This document shows positions 61,682 to 64,000 of a stretch of DNA of 64,000 bases, in pieces. Both the position numbers and the translations under genes were made by a program. The DNA comes from Candidatus Nanopelagicales bacterium. Its GTDB lineage: Bacteria > Actinomycetota > Actinomycetes > S36-B12. The notes below the pieces were generated by a model. That model did no database searches. It was not told the DNA's origin and worked only from the letters and a program-made list of their open reading frames with translations. The stretch covers positions 8,640-72,639 of the forward strand of contig JBILOY010000008.1 of NCBI GenBank assembly GCA_044374195.1, written 5' to 3'. How positions within the stretch are numbered: position 1 is the stretch's first letter; each line of letters starts with the position of its first letter.

Positions 61682-62614
61682 TTAGTCGCCGAGGCCGGCG
61701 AAGAGCGCGGTCGACAAATAGCGCTCGCCGAAGCTCGGGATGATCACAACGATGGTCTTGCCAGCGTTCTCCGGGCGCTTGGCAACCTCGCGGGCAGCCC
61801 ACAAGGCGGCGCCGGAGGAGATGCCGATCAGCAGGCCTTCCTCCGTCGCGGCACGGCGAGCAGTGGCCATCGCATCGTCAGCGACGACGCGGATGACCTC
61901 GTCGTACGCCTCGGTGTCGAGTACTGCGGGGACGAAACCTGCGCCAATGCCCTGCAGGGGGTGCGGGCCCTTGGTGCCACCGGAGAGAACCGGCGAGGCG
62001 TCCGGCTCGACAGCGACGATCTGAATGGAGGGCTTGAGTTCCTTGAGCGCCTGGCCGACACCTGTGATGGTGCCACCGGTGCCCACGCCGGCAACGACGA
62101 TGTCAACGGTGCCGTCGGTGTCGTTCCAGATCTCCTGGGCCGTGGTCTTGCGATGGATCGCCGGGTTCGCGAGATTGTTGAACTGCTGCGGCATGAAGTA
62201 CTTCGGATCGCTCGCTGCGAGTTCGGTTGCTCGCGCGATCGCGCCGCCCATGCCCTCGGGGCCGGGGGTCAAGATCAGCTCGGCGCCGTAGCCGCGCAGC
62301 AGCATGCGACGTTCGATGCTCATGGTCTCGGGCATCGTGAGGACGATCTTGATGCCGCGGGCGGCACAGACCATTGCGAGGGCAATGCCGGTGTTGCCAC
62401 TGGTGGGCTCCACGACGATGGTGTCGGGTCCGATCAGGCCGGCCTCTTGCGCGGCATCGATCATTGCGACGCCGATACGGTCCTTGACGCTGTTACCTGG
62501 ATTGAAGAACTCCAGCTTGGCCAGGACCTCGGCCTCAGCACCGTCGGTGACCTTCCGGATGCGGACGAGGGGAGTGTTGCCGACCAGTTCGGTGATGTCA
62601 TTGGCGATACGCAT
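61682..62614 (-). CDS. cysK: Cysteine synthase A (O-acetylserine sulfhydrylase)
   Basis: [11 protein letters not shown], the PLP lysine motif NPGNSVKDR, and [10 protein letters not shown]. Confidence 0.9.
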   Translation of the reverse strand: MRIANDITELVGNTPLVRIRKVTDGAEAEVLAKLEFFNPGNSVKDRIGVAMIDAAQEAGLIGPDTIVVEPTSGNTGIALAMVCAARGIKIVLTMPETMSIERRMLLRGYGAELILTPGPEGMGGAIARATELAASDPKYFMPQQFNNLANPAIHRKTTAQEIWNDTDGTVDIVVAGVGTGGTITGVGQALKELKPSIQIVAVEPDASPVLSGGTKGPHPLQGIGAGFVPAVLDTEAYDEVIRVVADDAMATARRAATEEGLLIGISSGAALWAAREVAKRPENAGKTIVVIIPSFGERYLSTALFAGLGD

Positions 62615-62723
62615 GAGACGACTCTATAGGCGATTTCGTGTGCGTCCAGGGAGGCGGATGTCACCTGCAAGGGGTTTGCAGCAAAGACTCGGCCCCCATG
62701 CGTGAGCACGGGGGCCGAGGAGC

Positions 62724-62799
62724 TGGGGTGACCGACGGGATTCGAACCCGCGACATTCGCGACCACAACGCGACGCTCTACCGCTGAACTACGATCACC
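62724..62799 (-). tRNA. tRNA-His (anticodon GTG) with encoded G-1 and 3' CCA
   Basis: Hand-folded: G-1 pairs with C73, acceptor GTGATCG/CGGTCAC, anticodon loop TTGTGGT, T-loop TTCGAAT, and a CCA end is present. Confidence 0.9.
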
Positions 62800-62848
62800 A
62801 TGAAGCCCCCGAAGACTACAGGAGGGCGAGGTGTGGGATTTTCGGGCC

Positions 62849-63448
62849 TCAGGAACCGTGCTCGGCGCCAATGGCCCGAGCGGAGTCCGAATCCGGGCCC
62901 GGCTGGGGTACGAAGACCGCATCGCGATAAAAGCGCAGCTCGCTGATGGAATCGCGAATATCGCCGAGCGCGCGGTGATTGCCCGTCTTCTCGGGGGAGG
63001 CGAAGTAAACCCGGGGGTACCAGCGGCGGGTGAGTTCCTTAACGCTCGAGACGTCGACGAGGCGGTAATGCAGGTGCGCATCGAGTTCGGGCATGTAGTT
63101 GGCCAGGAAGCCACGATCGACATAGACACTCGAGCCCGCCAGCGGCGCCTTACGAGGCTCGGGCACGTGCGTCTTCACGTAGGAGAGAACCTGCTGCTCG
63201 GCATCAGCGAGGCCGATGCCCAGCGGGATCTCCTCGATCAGGCCGGAGACAGTGTGCATGTTGACGACGAAGTCATCCATGCGCGCGAAGGATTCCTCGC
63301 CGGGCTTCACGACAAGCGTGATGCCCTCATCGAGCTCATTGAGCTCGGCATCGGTGACGATGCAGGCGATCTCGACTATCTCGTCGAACTTCGGATCGAG
63401 CCCGGTCATCTCGCAGTCGATCCACACGAGTCGGTCAGCACTGGCCAT
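62849..63448 (-). CDS. orn: Oligoribonuclease
   Basis: LVWIDCEMTGLDP (DEDD exo I) ...HRALGDIRDSI (exo III). Length is 199 aa. Confidence 0.9.
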   Translation of the reverse strand: MASADRLVWIDCEMTGLDPKFDEIVEIACIVTDAELNELDEGITLVVKPGEESFARMDDFVVNMHTVSGLIEEIPLGIGLADAEQQVLSYVKTHVPEPRKAPLAGSSVYVDRGFLANYMPELDAHLHYRLVDVSSVKELTRRWYPRVYFASPEKTGNHRALGDIRDSISELRFYRDAVFVPQPGPDSDSARAIGAEHGS

Positions 63449-63570
63449 GCGGGAAGCCTACGGGCAGGTGCGCGCGAGTAGTGAGGTGGTGCAGCCGGCC
63501 AGGCTGGCGAACTAGGGCTCAGGTCGCATGCCGAGGCTGCGCCGACCGGATCTGCCGATAACCTCGTTCC

Positions 63571-64000
63571 ATGGCTGACTTTGTTTACCCCCCTGTTGTC
63601 TTCGCAGCGAAGTCCGTCTTCAAGGGCCTGGGTATCAAGTTCGTCATCGAAGGCGCCGACAACCTGCCCCGTGAGGGTGGTGTCGTGCTCGCCATCAACC
63701 ACACGAGTTACCTCGATTTCGCCCTCGGCGGCATTCCGGCAGAGGCAATCGGGCGCCACGTGCGCTTCATGGCCAAGGACGGCATCTTCAAGCACAGGAT
63801 CGCAGGGCCCCTGATGCGCGGCATGAAGCACATCCCGGTTGATCGCGAGGCCGGCTCTCAGTCCTTCCGTGACGCAGTGGGTGCGCTCAAGGCAGGCGAG
63901 ATTGTCGGAGTCTTCCCCGAGGCGACGATGAGCAAGTCATTCGAGATCAAGGAATTCAAGAACGGCGCGGTGCGCATGGCGATCAGTGCTAAGGCGCCCA
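63571..64000 (+). CDS. 1-acyl-sn-glycerol-3-phosphate acyltransferase family protein (3' truncated by window edge)
   Basis: My own translation from the ATG at 63571 gives MADFVYPPVVFAAKSVFKGLG...LAINHTSYLDF (HX4D motif) ...VGVFPEAT. The frame stays open to the window end. Confidence 0.8.
   Translation, partial: MADFVYPPVVFAAKSVFKGLGIKFVIEGADNLPREGGVVLAINHTSYLDFALGGIPAEAIGRHVRFMAKDGIFKHRIAGPLMRGMKHIPVDREAGSQSFRDAVGALKAGEIVGVFPEATMSKSFEIKEFKNGAVRMAISAKAP

Noticed and set aside
62689-62716. GC-rich hairpin cggccccc...gggggccg between tRNA-His and cysK
   Set aside because: It is plausibly the tRNA-His terminator on the minus strand. However, the trailing sequence has only a weak T-run, and I could not exclude a role in the cysK 5' region, so it is left unannotated.

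Overview
This is a high-G+C actinobacterial chromosomal segment that is densely coding and mostly housekeeping. I saw no rRNA, CRISPR array, transposase, integrase or phage genes.

Gene content, left to right:
- purH (3' end), folD, mdh, icd and trpS.
- A three-gene succinate dehydrogenase/fumarate reductase operon, translationally coupled to an acyl-CoA mutase large subunit that has no B12-binding domain.
- Purine salvage genes (add, PNP), then LemA/HtpX.
- An acyl-CoA carboxylase block: accD5-accE-maf, accA, birA, purK, purE and fadE. From memory, its order resembles the Mycobacterium tuberculosis Rv3274c-Rv3285 region.
- udg followed by five translationally coupled glycosyltransferase genes, one a GT2/TagF-like fusion, ending at tRNA-Leu.
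- A metal ABC importer preceded by a Zur-box-like palindrome.
- A SAM-I riboswitch in front of a ThrC-like / MoaD-like / rhodanese operon.
- A copper-handling cluster (membrane protein, YcnI, two CopC).
- A run of secreted hydrolases (sulfatase, pepsin-like protease, S9 hydrolase, SGNH hydrolase) around tRNA-Lys.
- cysE/cysK, tRNA-His, orn and the start of plsC.

I found no clear novel multi-gene system. The observations most worth a second look are:
- the SAM-riboswitch-controlled sulfur-carrier operon;
- an AT-rich palindromic motif shared by the accA, accD5 and fadE upstream regions, one copy lying inside birA coding sequence;
- the sdh-mutase coupling;
- a bacterial pepsin-like protease;
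- a membrane-anchored Cys/His-repeat protein.

All calls rest on reading the supplied translations and the DNA by eye. No database search was run.
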